NCBI GenBank assembly: GCA_045580835.1
Contig: JAZNOM010000091.1
Coordinates: 1,552 to 65,551 of the forward strand
DNA length: 64,000 nt
Reading direction: 5' to 3'
Source of the DNA: Eubacteriales bacterium
Lineage (GTDB): Bacteria; Bacillota; Clostridia; Oscillospirales; CAG-272
Each line of letters begins with the position of its first letter. Positions within the stretch are counted from its first letter, which is position 1. A program made the position numbers and the translations under genes. Shown piece after piece: positions 55,504 to 64,000 of this stretch. The notes under the pieces are model-generated. The model had not been told where the DNA came from. It did no database searches and saw nothing but the letters and a program-made list of their open reading frames with translations.

Positions 55504-57315
55504 TTATTTCTTCTCAATTGCCTTGGGTCTGCAGTTACTCATACATACGCCGCACTTCACGCACTTAGCTGCATCAATGGTAAAGGATGCGAGCTTGTGG
55601 CCGGGAGCGATGTAATCGGTTCTTTCAATAGCGTTAACAGGACAGTTCTTTGCACAGAGACCACAGCCGATACACTTATCCTTGTCGATAGTGAAGCTGA
55701 GAAGGCTCTTACATACGCCTGCAGGACACTTCTTGTCCACAACGTGAGCAATGTACTCATCGCGGAAGTACTGAAGTGTAGAAAGAACAGGGTTAGGAGC
55801 AGTCTGTCCGAGACCGCAGAGAGAACCTGCCTTGATGTACTGTGCAAGCTCTTCAAGTCTGTCGATATCTTCAAGTTCGCCCTTACCTGCGATAATCTTG
55901 TCAAGGATTTCAAGCATACGCTTGGTACCGATACGGCAAGGAGTACACTTACCGCAGGACTCGTCAACTGTGAAGTCGAGGAAGAATCTTGCGATGTCAA
56001 CCATACAGTTGTCCTCGTCCATAACGATAAGTCCGCCGGAGCCCATCATGGAGCCGAGAGCGATAAGGTTGTCGTAGTCGATAGGAGTGTCGATAAGGTG
56101 AGCAGGGATACAACCGCCGGAAGGACCACCGGTCTGTGCAGCCTTGAACTTCTTACCGTTAGGAATACCGCCGCCGATCTCCTCGATAACTTCGCGGAGA
56201 GTGGTACCCATAGGAATTTCTACAAGGCCGGTGTTGGTAATCTTACCGCCGAGAGCGAATACCTTTGTACCCTTGGACTTTTCGGTACCCATGGAAGGAA
56301 ACCAGTCAGAACGGTTAAGGATAATCTGAGGAATGTTTGCATAGGTTTCTACGTTGTTAAGAACGGTAGGCTTGTTGAAAAGACCCTTTTCTGCAGGGAA
56401 CGGAGGACGGGGACGAGGCTCGCCGCGGTTACCCTCGATAGAAGTCATAAGTGCAGTCTCTTCGCCGCAAACGAATGCACCTGCGCCGAGACGGATAAAC
56501 ATATCAAATTCAAAGCCGGTGCCGAAGATATCCTTGCCAAGGAGGCCGTATTCACGAGCCTGATCAATAGCAATCTGGAGACGCTGTACAGCGATAGGAT
56601 ACTCTGCACGAACGTATACGTAACCCTCGGTAGCACCGATAGCATAGCCTGCGATAGCCATTGCTTCGATAAGTGCATGGGGGTCACCTTCAAGAATGGA
56701 ACGGTCCATGAACGCGCCGGGGTCACCCTCGTCTGCGTTACATGCAACATACTTCTGACCGCCCTGAACGAGCTTGCGAGCGAGGTCCCACTTTCTGCCG
56801 GTGGGGAATCCGCCGCCGCCGCGTCCGCGGAGACCGGAATCAAGAACGGTCTGGATAACGCTTTCGGGAGTCATCTCTGTGAGAGCCTTACCGAGCGCTG
56901 CATAACCGTCTCTTGCAATATACTCTTCGATGTTTTCAGGGTTGATAACACCGCAGTTACGAAGCGCAACGCGCTTCTGCTTGCTGTAGAACTTGGTTTC
57001 TGCAAGAGAAGAAACTGCTTCCTTCTCGCCTGCCTCGTGATACTCAAGGCGAGCTACGGGACGGCCCTTAAGAAGGTGCTCGTCAACGATCTCGGGAATA
57101 TCCTCAGGCTTAACCATGCTGTAGAATGTGCCGTCGGGGTATACGATCATAACCGGACCGAGAGCACAAAGACCGAAACAACCTGTGATAACGATTTTTA
57201 CTTCTTCGGTGAGGCCCTTTGCTGCGAGCTCTTTTTCAAGAGTCTCTTTGAGAGCCAAACTTCCGGAGGAAGTACAACCGGTACCGCCGCAAATCAATAC
57301 ATGTGTGCGAATCAT
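55504..57315 (-). CDS. hydB: NuoF-like flavin/NADH-binding hydrogenase subunit
   Basis: GLRGRGGGGFPTG, NADEGDPGAFMDR, GAGAFVCGEETAL, ESCGKCTPCR; two C-terminal 4Fe-4S motifs. Confidence 0.96.
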   Translation of the reverse strand: MIRTHVLICGGTGCTSSGSLALKETLEKELAAKGLTEEVKIVITGCFGLCALGPVMIVYPDGTFYSMVKPEDIPEIVDEHLLKGRPVARLEYHEAGEKEAVSSLAETKFYSKQKRVALRNCGVINPENIEEYIARDGYAALGKALTEMTPESVIQTVLDSGLRGRGGGGFPTGRKWDLARKLVQGGQKYVACNADEGDPGAFMDRSILEGDPHALIEAMAIAGYAIGATEGYVYVRAEYPIAVQRLQIAIDQAREYGLLGKDIFGTGFEFDMFIRLGAGAFVCGEETALMTSIEGNRGEPRPRPPFPAEKGLFNKPTVLNNVETYANIPQIILNRSDWFPSMGTEKSKGTKVFALGGKITNTGLVEIPMGTTLREVIEEIGGGIPNGKKFKAAQTGGPSGGCIPAHLIDTPIDYDNLIALGSMMGSGGLIVMDEDNCMVDIARFFLDFTVDESCGKCTPCRIGTKRMLEILDKIIAGKGELEDIDRLEELAQYIKAGSLCGLGQTAPNPVLSTLQYFRDEYIAHVVDKKCPAGVCKSLLSFTIDKDKCIGCGLCAKNCPVNAIERTDYIAPGHKLASFTIDAAKCVKCGVCMSNCRPKAIEKK

Positions 57316-57333
57316 TTTATTTCCTCCGTTTAA

Positions 57334-57699
57334 TTATTTATTACCGATAACATAATCGGTTACAACCTTGCCGCCCTTGATGTGCTCTTCAACAACGCGC
57401 TTTGCCTTGTCTGCATCCATCTTAACGTATGTAACCTTTTCCTTGCCGTCTTCGAATACTTCTACAACGGGCTCGTACTGGCAAATACCGATACAACCGG
57501 TCTGGGTAACGGTCACCTTTTCGGAAAGACCTGCCGCGTTAACCGCCTCAACGAAAGCGGAGAGTACGGGGCGTGCGCCTGCTGCGATACCGCAGGTAGC
57601 CATACCAACAACTACTCTTACATCACCGCTGCCTTCACGCATAGCAACCTTATCCTGCATTTTTGCCTTAATTGCTGCAAGTTCTGCTAAAGATTTCAT
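57334..57699 (-). CDS. Thioredoxin-like 2Fe-2S subunit (HydD/HndB type)
   Basis: VGMATCGIAAGA and TGCIGICQYEP. Confidence 0.9.
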   Translation of the reverse strand: MKSLAELAAIKAKMQDKVAMREGSGDVRVVVGMATCGIAAGARPVLSAFVEAVNAAGLSEKVTVTQTGCIGICQYEPVVEVFEDGKEKVTYVKMDADKAKRVVEEHIKGGKVVTDYVIGNK

Positions 57700-57716
57700 G
57701 GTTTACACCTCCAAAA

Positions 57717-58271
57717 TTATTCAGATAAATCATATTGTTCGCTTAAAAATCCGCGTACCCACTGCAAAATCTCCGGCTCGCCAAGCGAAATGTCGCCAAG
57801 CACCGCACGAAGCTCTTTTGTGTCCATCTCCACGTTAAATCGGGGAGTTTTATGCACATAAAGATAATCAACCTCGGGATGCCCTTGTAAAAGCACCTCA
57901 ATGGTGGATATCATGTCACCGACCGGCGTCATGTCTATGTGCTTTGTGTCAAAGGTGGCACACACCGTGGTGCCATGCTCGTCAGGATAATTCTTTTCAT
58001 CCTTTGAAACAATGTTAAGCGCACCGCCCGTCTGCTCGCATGCAAGCTTTAGAAGCGGAATGCCCATACCAACCTTTCTTGTGGTACGCGTTGTATAAAA
58101 CGGATCCATTACCGTGCGCAACGTTTCTTCGCTCATACCGCAACCGTCGTCGGTGATAGTGAGCGTAAGCCAGCCGTCATCGTTTTCGATAAGCGAAATG
58201 ATGATATTTTTTGCGCGCGCCGTAATAGAGTTCTGAGTGATATCGAGAATATTCAGCGATAACTCTTTCAT
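57717..58271 (-). CDS. Stand-alone HATPase (histidine-kinase-like ATPase)
   Basis: DITQNS, DDGCGM, DPFYTTRTTRKVGMGIPL and GTTV. Confidence 0.88.
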   Translation of the reverse strand: MKELSLNILDITQNSITARAKNIIISLIENDDGWLTLTITDDGCGMSEETLRTVMDPFYTTRTTRKVGMGIPLLKLACEQTGGALNIVSKDEKNYPDEHGTTVCATFDTKHIDMTPVGDMISTIEVLLQGHPEVDYLYVHKTPRFNVEMDTKELRAVLGDISLGEPEILQWVRGFLSEQYDLSE

Positions 58272-58277
58272 AAAGAA

Positions 58278-58772
58278 TTATTTGTACTCTGCGATAATGT
58301 TAGGAACATCTTTTGTAGTAAGTCTGCCGTAAACGTTGCCGTTAACAGTCAAAACGGGTGCAAGACCACAAGCACCGATGCAACGGGTAGCCTCAAGAGA
58401 CCACTTGCCGTCGGGGGATGTGCCGCCGCCTACAAGACCGAGTTCTTCGCCAAACTTTTCATAAATATCGCCGCTGCCCTTAACGTAGCAAGCAGTACCA
58501 AGACATACTGCTACTGCAACCTCACCCTTGGGGTTGAGTGCAAACTGAGAGTAGAATGTAGCGATACCGAAAATCTCCTCAACGGGCTTGCCGGTGTGCT
58601 TTGCAATAATCTGCATTACCTCTACGGGAAGATAACCGTAGACATCCTGCGCCTGCTGAAGAATAGGCATCATTGCGCCTCTCTCATTCTTGTGAGCGTC
58701 GATAATTTCGAGGAGCTTTGCTTCCTGCTCTTTTGTGCCGCGAAATTCGACCTGAGTCAATTGCTTTTTCAT
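58278..58772 (-). CDS. hydC: NuoE-like 2Fe-2S hydrogenase subunit
   Basis: ATFYSQF, CLGTAC and RCIGACGLAP. Confidence 0.94.
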   Translation of the reverse strand: MKKQLTQVEFRGTKEQEAKLLEIIDAHKNERGAMMPILQQAQDVYGYLPVEVMQIIAKHTGKPVEEIFGIATFYSQFALNPKGEVAVAVCLGTACYVKGSGDIYEKFGEELGLVGGGTSPDGKWSLEATRCIGACGLAPVLTVNGNVYGRLTTKDVPNIIAEYK

Positions 58773-58992
58773 AGTTCGAACCTACCTCCTGTGATTTCAT
58801 TAAATAAATTTATTTCAATTTTATTTAATCCGTTCCTTGCGCGATGGCAACGCGAAAAAAGCGTACTACCCCGCATACAAAAACATTATACTATACTTTT
58901 TTAAAAAAATCTATAGTTTCAGTGATTTTTTTCTGAAAAATGTCGAAAATTTAACGAAGTTTTTTTGTGCGAAGTAAATAAAAAGCACCATA

Positions 58993-59108
58993 TGTCATCC
59001 TGAGGAGCGAAGCTACGAAGGATCTGCATCCCGCAAGGGATGTCTAAAAGAAGAAAAACCTTGCCCAAAGCAAGGTTTTCAGATTCTTCGCATGCGCTCA
59101 GAATGACA
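58993..59108. repeat. REP-like palindromic element (TGTCATCCTGAG...CTCAGAATGACA) enclosing two hairpins
   Basis: Outer IR 11/12; inner IR CGAAGGATCTG/CAGATTCTTCG 10/11; internal hairpins CATCCC-GCAA-GGGATG and AAAACCTTGC-CCAAA-GCAAGGTTTT. Confidence 0.75.
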
Positions 59109-59110
59109 AG

Positions 59111-59848
59111 TTAGTGTTTTCTTAAATATTCAAAAAATGCTTTTCTTACGGCATCTTCGTCCGACGGGTCTGCATCAAGCTCGATGAAGTTCACCGCTTC
59201 GTTTATGCTTGTTACGCGGTGCGCATCCGAATCGACAAGCACAAGTGCGTTTTTTACTTCTGCATACTTTTCGCGGTATTCATCCACATTTGCACTATCG
59301 TTGAACTCGACTGCGGTAAATCCGGGTTCGGGCGGAACATCTCCAAGCACGGCGATAATACCGTTTGAAGTGCGGTCAATGTGTGCAGGAAAAACAAATG
59401 CGCCATGTTCCCTGGCAAGTGCTACGCCCTCATCAAGCGAAAGTGTAGTCGATGTGATTAGCAGGATTTCTTCAGTGCCTGTGACCTCGTCATCCTCGTT
59501 CATATAATACTGACCGCCGAACATCGCAACGTCATTTTTAAACGGCATCATGTAGTTGTCCTTTACCGTATGCCAGAACTTCATCGCGTTGTCATATTCC
59601 TCAAAAAGGCAGACAATATGCACACTTTCTGCGGTTTCAAGTTCCATTCCTGCTATCGGCACAACGCCGTATGCGTGGCACGCTGCAAAAAACGCAGGGA
59701 GATTTCCGCAGGAATTGTGGTCGGTGAGCGCGGCAATATTGAGTCCGTTGAGCGCGGCAATACCTGCCATTGTAACAGGTGTCATATCATCATCTGCACA
59801 CGGCGAAAGGCAGGAATGCATATGTAGGTCATAGTAAAATTTTGGCAT
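59111..59848 (-). CDS. PHP-domain phosphoesterase
   Basis: DLHMHSCLSPC, LTDHN, GMELE, PAH and SDAH. Confidence 0.92.
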   Translation of the reverse strand: MPKFYYDLHMHSCLSPCADDDMTPVTMAGIAALNGLNIAALTDHNSCGNLPAFFAACHAYGVVPIAGMELETAESVHIVCLFEEYDNAMKFWHTVKDNYMMPFKNDVAMFGGQYYMNEDDEVTGTEEILLITSTTLSLDEGVALAREHGAFVFPAHIDRTSNGIIAVLGDVPPEPGFTAVEFNDSANVDEYREKYAEVKNALVLVDSDAHRVTSINEAVNFIELDADPSDEDAVRKAFFEYLRKH

Positions 59849-59891
59849 ATGTATTCCCTCCTTTCAATAGATTCTTTAACAATCATACGCA

Positions 59892-60341
59892 CTAATCCGT
59901 TTCTTGCGTGTTGTCTGCATTACGAGTAAACACCAATTCATCATATTTTCCGGAAAACACTGTATCAGAGTCTTTGTCCACTTTAATTACTAACTTATCC
60001 GGAGCAAAAGTACATTCGCCGGAAAATTCAGGAACCTCATAAAAAATTGAATTTGAAGTTTTTTCAGTAATCTGAAAAAAAACTTGGTTGGTTTGATGAA
60101 TAAAACACAGTCTGAATTTGATAGGGCGATCATTAATTATAACTTCGCCTTTCGGAAAATCGAATTCTTCGGATTCAACATCTACCTCGACCCACGCTTT
60201 AGGATCCTCACAAACCCATTTAGCAGAACCATAATCCCAAGGCCGTTTTCCATGGTAAGGGTCGAAATTGCAACTAATAAAAGACAAACAAAGAAATGCA
60301 CAAGCAAGAGCAAATATTCTGCGCAATACTATCACCACCAT
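59892..60341 (-). CDS. Small AT-rich lipoprotein, apparently inserted in the operon
   Basis: Hydrophobic N terminus ending FIS-C; composition more AT-rich than flanking genes. Confidence 0.6.
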   Translation of the reverse strand: MVVIVLRRIFALACAFLCLSFISCNFDPYHGKRPWDYGSAKWVCEDPKAWVEVDVESEEFDFPKGEVIINDRPIKFRLCFIHQTNQVFFQITEKTSNSIFYEVPEFSGECTFAPDKLVIKVDKDSDTVFSGKYDELVFTRNADNTQETD

Positions 60342-60365
60342 TCACAAGACTCGCTGCGCTCGCAT

Positions 60366-60391
60366 ATCCTTCGCATTCGCTCAGGATGACA
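60366..60391. repeat. Half copy of the 58993-59108 element
   Basis: ATCCTTCGCATTCGCTCAGGATGACA vs ATTCTTCGCATGCGCTCAGAATGACA (23/26). Confidence 0.75.
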
Positions 60392-60401
60392 GATAGTTTA
60401 G

Positions 60402-60728
60402 TTATATCATTCTCGCAAGCTCTACGCAGTTTTCATATATACCTTTATCGCTGACAAGCAGGTTTACGTCCTGCTCGGAGGCGCGGGCGATTACATCCTC
60501 GCCGATTTCCGCGCCCTCGCAGACAACGATTGCCGCTACATCGCGGAGCATTGCAACCGCTACGATATTGACATTGGACATAATTGTAAACCATGCGGCG
60601 TCACTCGGTGCTTTACCCATTACCCAACTGAGAAGGTCGCCTGCATAACCGCCGGTCACTTCCCTATCGCCGTCGGGCATGGAAAGCACCTTTAAATTTA
60701 GTTTTTCTGCAAATTCTTTTACTGTCAT
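60402..60728 (-). CDS. DRTGG-domain protein
   Basis: MTVKE..., GGYAGDLLSWVM and SNVNIVAVA; AAAGGA RBS. Confidence 0.85.
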   Translation of the reverse strand: MTVKEFAEKLNLKVLSMPDGDREVTGGYAGDLLSWVMGKAPSDAAWFTIMSNVNIVAVAMLRDVAAIVVCEGAEIGEDVIARASEQDVNLLVSDKGIYENCVELARMI

Positions 60729-60837
60729 TTTACGACCATTCCTTTCTGTGTCGCGTGAGTTTTGTCGGTTTCGGTGCATACCGAAATTTGCGCCCACATT
60801 TTGGCGCAAAAGGTACAAAACTCACAGTCTGAAAGAT

Positions 60838-62154
60838 TTATCTTTCAGACTTGTCCTCCGAGGGATTATAGGTTTCATGCACTATCTTGCCGAGATGGTC
60901 ATAGATAGAATGAATCTGTCGGCGCATTTCGATGATACAATCGTCCTCATGCGCCTCGCCACGCACGATATCCTCGGCAAGCGCTGCGCACGTTGGTGCG
61001 CCGCATGAGCCGCAGTCAATCTGCGGGAAGCACTTGGCTATGGTCTGTATCTTCTGCATCTTGCGCATAGCCTCGGCGCGGTCGGGATCAAGTTTTAAAA
61101 CGGGGTTATATTCGACCTTTGCATCCCAGAGCATGGAATCTGTATCATCAGTTTCAATGCGCGTCTTTGTAACCGGCAAATAGCGACGCATAATATGTAG
61201 TCTTGCGCGCGCAATATACGGGTTTTCTACATTGAGAGCACCGCCTACGCAACCGCCGTTGCATGAATTAAGCTCAATAAACTCAAGGCCAGCAAAGTTC
61301 TCTTTTTCAATCTCATCAAGCACCTTGATGACATTTTCAATTCCGTCAGCAGCAAGATATTTATCATTGAGAAGCGCAGAGCTTTCGCCGCCGGTGCCTG
61401 CCCAGCTTACGCCGATTCTGCCGGTCTTTGAGTCGCTTTCAGGAAACTGAATCTTATTCATCGCACCAACGAGCTTAAAATAAATATCACGAATCGCAAG
61501 GACACCGTCTATTTTACTTTTTTCTGTGCCAAGCGGATTTCTCACATAGCTAACCTTTGCAGGGCAAGGTGAGATAAACAGCGCACAAATATCCTCTTCT
61601 TTGAGTTCGGGGTGCTTTTTCATTGCCTCCTCTTTTGCCATGCGTGCGGCTATTTCAACCGGCGGCAAAATGGGAAGCACATTGTCAAGCAGATACGGAA
61701 AACGCACGCTGATAAGGCGCACTACCGAAGGGCATGCCGAACTTATCACAGGTTTTGGAGTGTCCTCACGCTTTAAATATTCTCTTGTAAACTCGGAAAC
61801 GATTTCTGCCGCACGGGCAACCTCAAAAACATCGTCAAAGCCGCATTCAAGCAATCCCGAAACAACATAGTCAAGGTCATCAAGACGGTCAAACTGACCG
61901 TAGAGTGCAGGTGCAGGGAGTGCGATTTTCCATTTGTAATCCTTAAAATCGTCAAGGCGGTCAAAGTCCGCCGTTTTTGCCTGATACGGGCAAACTCTGA
62001 TACATTCGCCGCAATCTATACACCGTTCCGCACGAATAACGGCATGGCCGTTTCGTATTCGTATGGCTTCGGTGGGGCAACGCTTAAGGCAATAAGTGCA
62101 GCCCTTACATTTATCCACATCGAGTAAAACCGAGTGGTTGATTTTTTCTGTCAT
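60838..62154 (-). CDS. Divergent [FeFe]-hydrogenase-domain Fe-S protein (sensory/regulatory, HfsB/group C-D type)
   Basis: Two N-terminal 4Fe-4S motifs; altered H-cluster motifs SSACP, SPCPAK and ELNSCNGGCVGG; C-terminal DCGSCGAPTC. Confidence 0.88.
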   Translation of the reverse strand: MTEKINHSVLLDVDKCKGCTYCLKRCPTEAIRIRNGHAVIRAERCIDCGECIRVCPYQAKTADFDRLDDFKDYKWKIALPAPALYGQFDRLDDLDYVVSGLLECGFDDVFEVARAAEIVSEFTREYLKREDTPKPVISSACPSVVRLISVRFPYLLDNVLPILPPVEIAARMAKEEAMKKHPELKEEDICALFISPCPAKVSYVRNPLGTEKSKIDGVLAIRDIYFKLVGAMNKIQFPESDSKTGRIGVSWAGTGGESSALLNDKYLAADGIENVIKVLDEIEKENFAGLEFIELNSCNGGCVGGALNVENPYIARARLHIMRRYLPVTKTRIETDDTDSMLWDAKVEYNPVLKLDPDRAEAMRKMQKIQTIAKCFPQIDCGSCGAPTCAALAEDIVRGEAHEDDCIIEMRRQIHSIYDHLGKIVHETYNPSEDKSER

Positions 62155-62190
62155 TTCAAACTCCTTCCGCCGCGAGCGGCGCAAACAGTG

Positions 62191-62613
62191 TTAGGTATTG
62201 ACACGCATAGTTATAGTAGTTCCCTCTCCGATAACCGTGTCAATCTTCATATCATCGGTATGCTTTTTCATGTTTGGAAGTCCCATGCCTGCACCAAATC
62301 CAAGCGAACGGATATTATCCGGCGCAGTTGAAAATCCCTCCTGCATTGCTTTTGCAACATCGGGGATTCCGGGACCTTTATCAGCCAAAACTATCTCTAT
62401 GTATTCGGGATATACAATGATGTCGGCATCGCCGCCGTCGGCATGTATAACCATATTTATTTCGCCCTCGTACATCGCAATCGCAACGCGTCGAATGATG
62501 TCGGGGTCATAGCCAAGCTGGCGAAGTGCCTTTTTAGCCTGCACAGACGCATTACCCGCAGAGGTAAAATCCTCGCCGTTTACATCATAATGAAGTTTTA
62601 ACGGTGTACTCAT
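62191..62613 (-). CDS. Anti-sigma-factor-type Ser/Thr kinase (RsbT/SpoIIAB-like HATPase)
   Basis: YEGEINMVIHA, DKGPGI, GFST and GAGMGLPN. Confidence 0.9.
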   Translation of the reverse strand: MSTPLKLHYDVNGEDFTSAGNASVQAKKALRQLGYDPDIIRRVAIAMYEGEINMVIHADGGDADIIVYPEYIEIVLADKGPGIPDVAKAMQEGFSTAPDNIRSLGFGAGMGLPNMKKHTDDMKIDTVIGEGTTITMRVNT

Positions 62614-62625
62614 TTTGCACCTCCG

Positions 62626-62979
62626 TCAAGTATGAAGCGAGCCGCCGACAAGTCCGTTTGCATAAAGCTTGCCGCACGCGGGATACATTCTTTCATCGCT
62701 TGCAAGCACCACGATGTCGTTATCTCTCGCAAAATCAATAATATCCTCCGAAGGGTTCTTGCCACGTACAAACACAACGCAGCGCATATCCATCATCGCT
62801 GCTGTGCGTACAACCTGCAAGTTTACAAGTCCGGTGAGCAGCACCGCCTGGTCTTTTACAAAAGCAAGCACATCGCTCATCATGTCACTTCCGCAGGCGG
62901 AGTGAACCTCGTTTTCAAGCAGCTCCTCACCGCAAAGCACCTTTGCATTGAGAAGCTCAACAATTTTAGACATTTTCAT
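62626..62979 (-). CDS. DRTGG-domain protein
   Basis: GSDMMSDVLAF, LLTGL, VRTA.MMD and FVRGK. Confidence 0.87.
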   Translation of the reverse strand: MKMSKIVELLNAKVLCGEELLENEVHSACGSDMMSDVLAFVKDQAVLLTGLVNLQVVRTAAMMDMRCVVFVRGKNPSEDIIDFARDNDIVVLASDERMYPACGKLYANGLVGGSLHT

Positions 62980-63058
62980 AGGAGTAAATTCCTTTCAAGC
63001 GGTATATATATCATTATACAACATTGTTAGATTTTTTTCCATAGTTTTTGTAAAAAAC

Positions 63059-63085
63059 AAAAAGCACCGCTTGCGCGGTGCTTTT
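63059..63085 (-). terminator. gap terminator
   Basis: AAAAGCACCGC-TTGC-GCGGTGCTTTT. Confidence 0.8.
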
Positions 63086-63096
63086 CATGTTTTAAA

Positions 63097-64000
63097 TTAA
63101 ACTCTTTCAGCGAAGTACTTGATAGTACGTACCATCTGGCTGGTGTAGGAGTTTTCGTTGTCGTACCAAGCAACAACCTGTACCTGATAGGTGTCGTCGT
63201 CGATCTTTGCAACCATGGTCTGGGTAGCATCGAAGAGAGAACCGTAGGTCATGCCGATGATGTCGGAAGAAACGATTGCTTCTTCGTTGTAGCCATAAGA
63301 ATCGGAAGCTGCTGCCTTCATAGCTGCGTTGATGCCTTCAACAGTAACGTCCTTGCCCTTAACTACTGCAACGAGAATGGTGGTGGAACCGGTGCAGGTA
63401 GGAACACGCTGAGCAGAGCCGATAAGCTTGCCGTTGAGTTCGGGAATAACAAGACCGATTGCCTTTGCAGCGCCGGTGGAGTTAGGAACGATGTTCTGTG
63501 CGCCTGCACGTGCACGGCGGAGGTCACCCTTTCTGTGAGGACCGTCGAGAATCATCTGGTCGCCGGTGTATGCGTGAACGGTGGTCATGATACCGCTCTG
63601 AATAGGAGCATAGTCGTTGAGAGCCTTTGCCATAGGAGCAAGGCAGTTGGTGGTGCAGGATGCTGCAGAGATGATATTGTCATCAGCAGTGAGAGTGTTC
63701 TCGTTTACGCTGTAAACGATAGTGGGAAGATCCTTACCTGCGGGAGCAGAGATAACAACCTTCTTTGCACCTGCGTCAATGTGAGCCTGAGACTTTTCCT
63801 TGGAGCAGTAGAAACCGGTGCACTCAAGAACAACGTCTACATCGAGTTCGCCCCAAGGAAGATCCTTTGCGTCCTTCTCTGCGTAGATCTTGAGAGTCTT
63901 GCCGTCTACTGTGATGGTGCCTGCTTCGTCGTCAGAAGTTACAGTGTGAAGATTCTGACCAACTGCGCCGCAGTAACCGCCCTGTGCGGTGTCGTACTTA
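63097..64000 (-). CDS. gap: Type I glyceraldehyde-3-phosphate dehydrogenase, 5'-truncated by the window edge
   Basis: [37 protein letters not shown] and WYDNE; the frame continues upstream of the listed ORF to the window end. Confidence 0.97.
   Translation of the reverse strand, partial: KYDTAQGGYCGAVGQNLHTVTSDDEAGTITVDGKTLKIYAEKDAKDLPWGELDVDVVLECTGFYCSKEKSQAHIDAGAKKVVISAPAGKDLPTIVYSVNENTLTADDNIISAASCTTNCLAPMAKALNDYAPIQSGIMTTVHAYTGDQMILDGPHRKGDLRRARAGAQNIVPNSTGAAKAIGLVIPELNGKLIGSAQRVPTCTGSTTILVAVVKGKDVTVEGINAAMKAAASDSYGYNEEAIVSSDIIGMTYGSLFDATQTMVAKIDDDTYQVQVVAWYDNENSYTSQMVRTIKYFAERV

Noticed and set aside
55483-55506. hydB stop in frame with hydA (possible readthrough fusion)
   Set aside because: The stop is TAA, hydA has its own AAAGGAG RBS, and no recoding signal is visible.
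53773-57333. 1186-aa ORF antisense to hydA and hydB
   Set aside because: It is a mirror-frame shadow of highly biased genes that rarely use TTA/CTA/TCA codons. It spans both genes only because they are in the same frame (21-nt gap). It has no RBS and no protein-like motifs.

Overview
Chromosomal segment of an anaerobic Firmicute (Clostridia, probably Oscillospirales/Ruminococcaceae-like, judged from gene content: bifurcating [FeFe]-hydrogenase cluster, glgCDAP, dockerin proteins). About 50 CDS and one tRNA-Pro(GGG). There is no rRNA, CRISPR array, intact transposase or integrase. Housekeeping blocks: aminopeptidase, malic enzyme, murJ operon, galTM, glycerate kinase/LarA, glycogen operon with pncB, glgB, hydrogenase with its kinase/DRTGG/PHP regulatory genes, and gap. 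The more unusual items are as follows. (1) An ECF sigma factor fused through a transmembrane helix to an extracellular BspA-type LRR domain, paired with an LRR lipoprotein and preceded by an ECF-type promoter. (2) A small AT-rich array of gene cassettes beside tRNA-Pro, in which a 20-bp site (short inverted arms around an 11-nt asymmetric core) follows the stop codons, integron-style. (3) A ~200-bp structured element after tRNA-Pro that contains a split second copy of the tRNA 3' part and an antisense copy of its T-arm. (4) Several families of multi-hairpin intergenic elements, one in two copies with identical blocks and fixed-length diverged spacers, which appears to supply a hairpin-bridged ribosome binding site. 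(5) A dockerin-enzyme cluster (GH43 plus two GH93-like) with a triple-repeat surface protein and no cohesin in view. All product calls come from motif recognition by eye; no searches were run.
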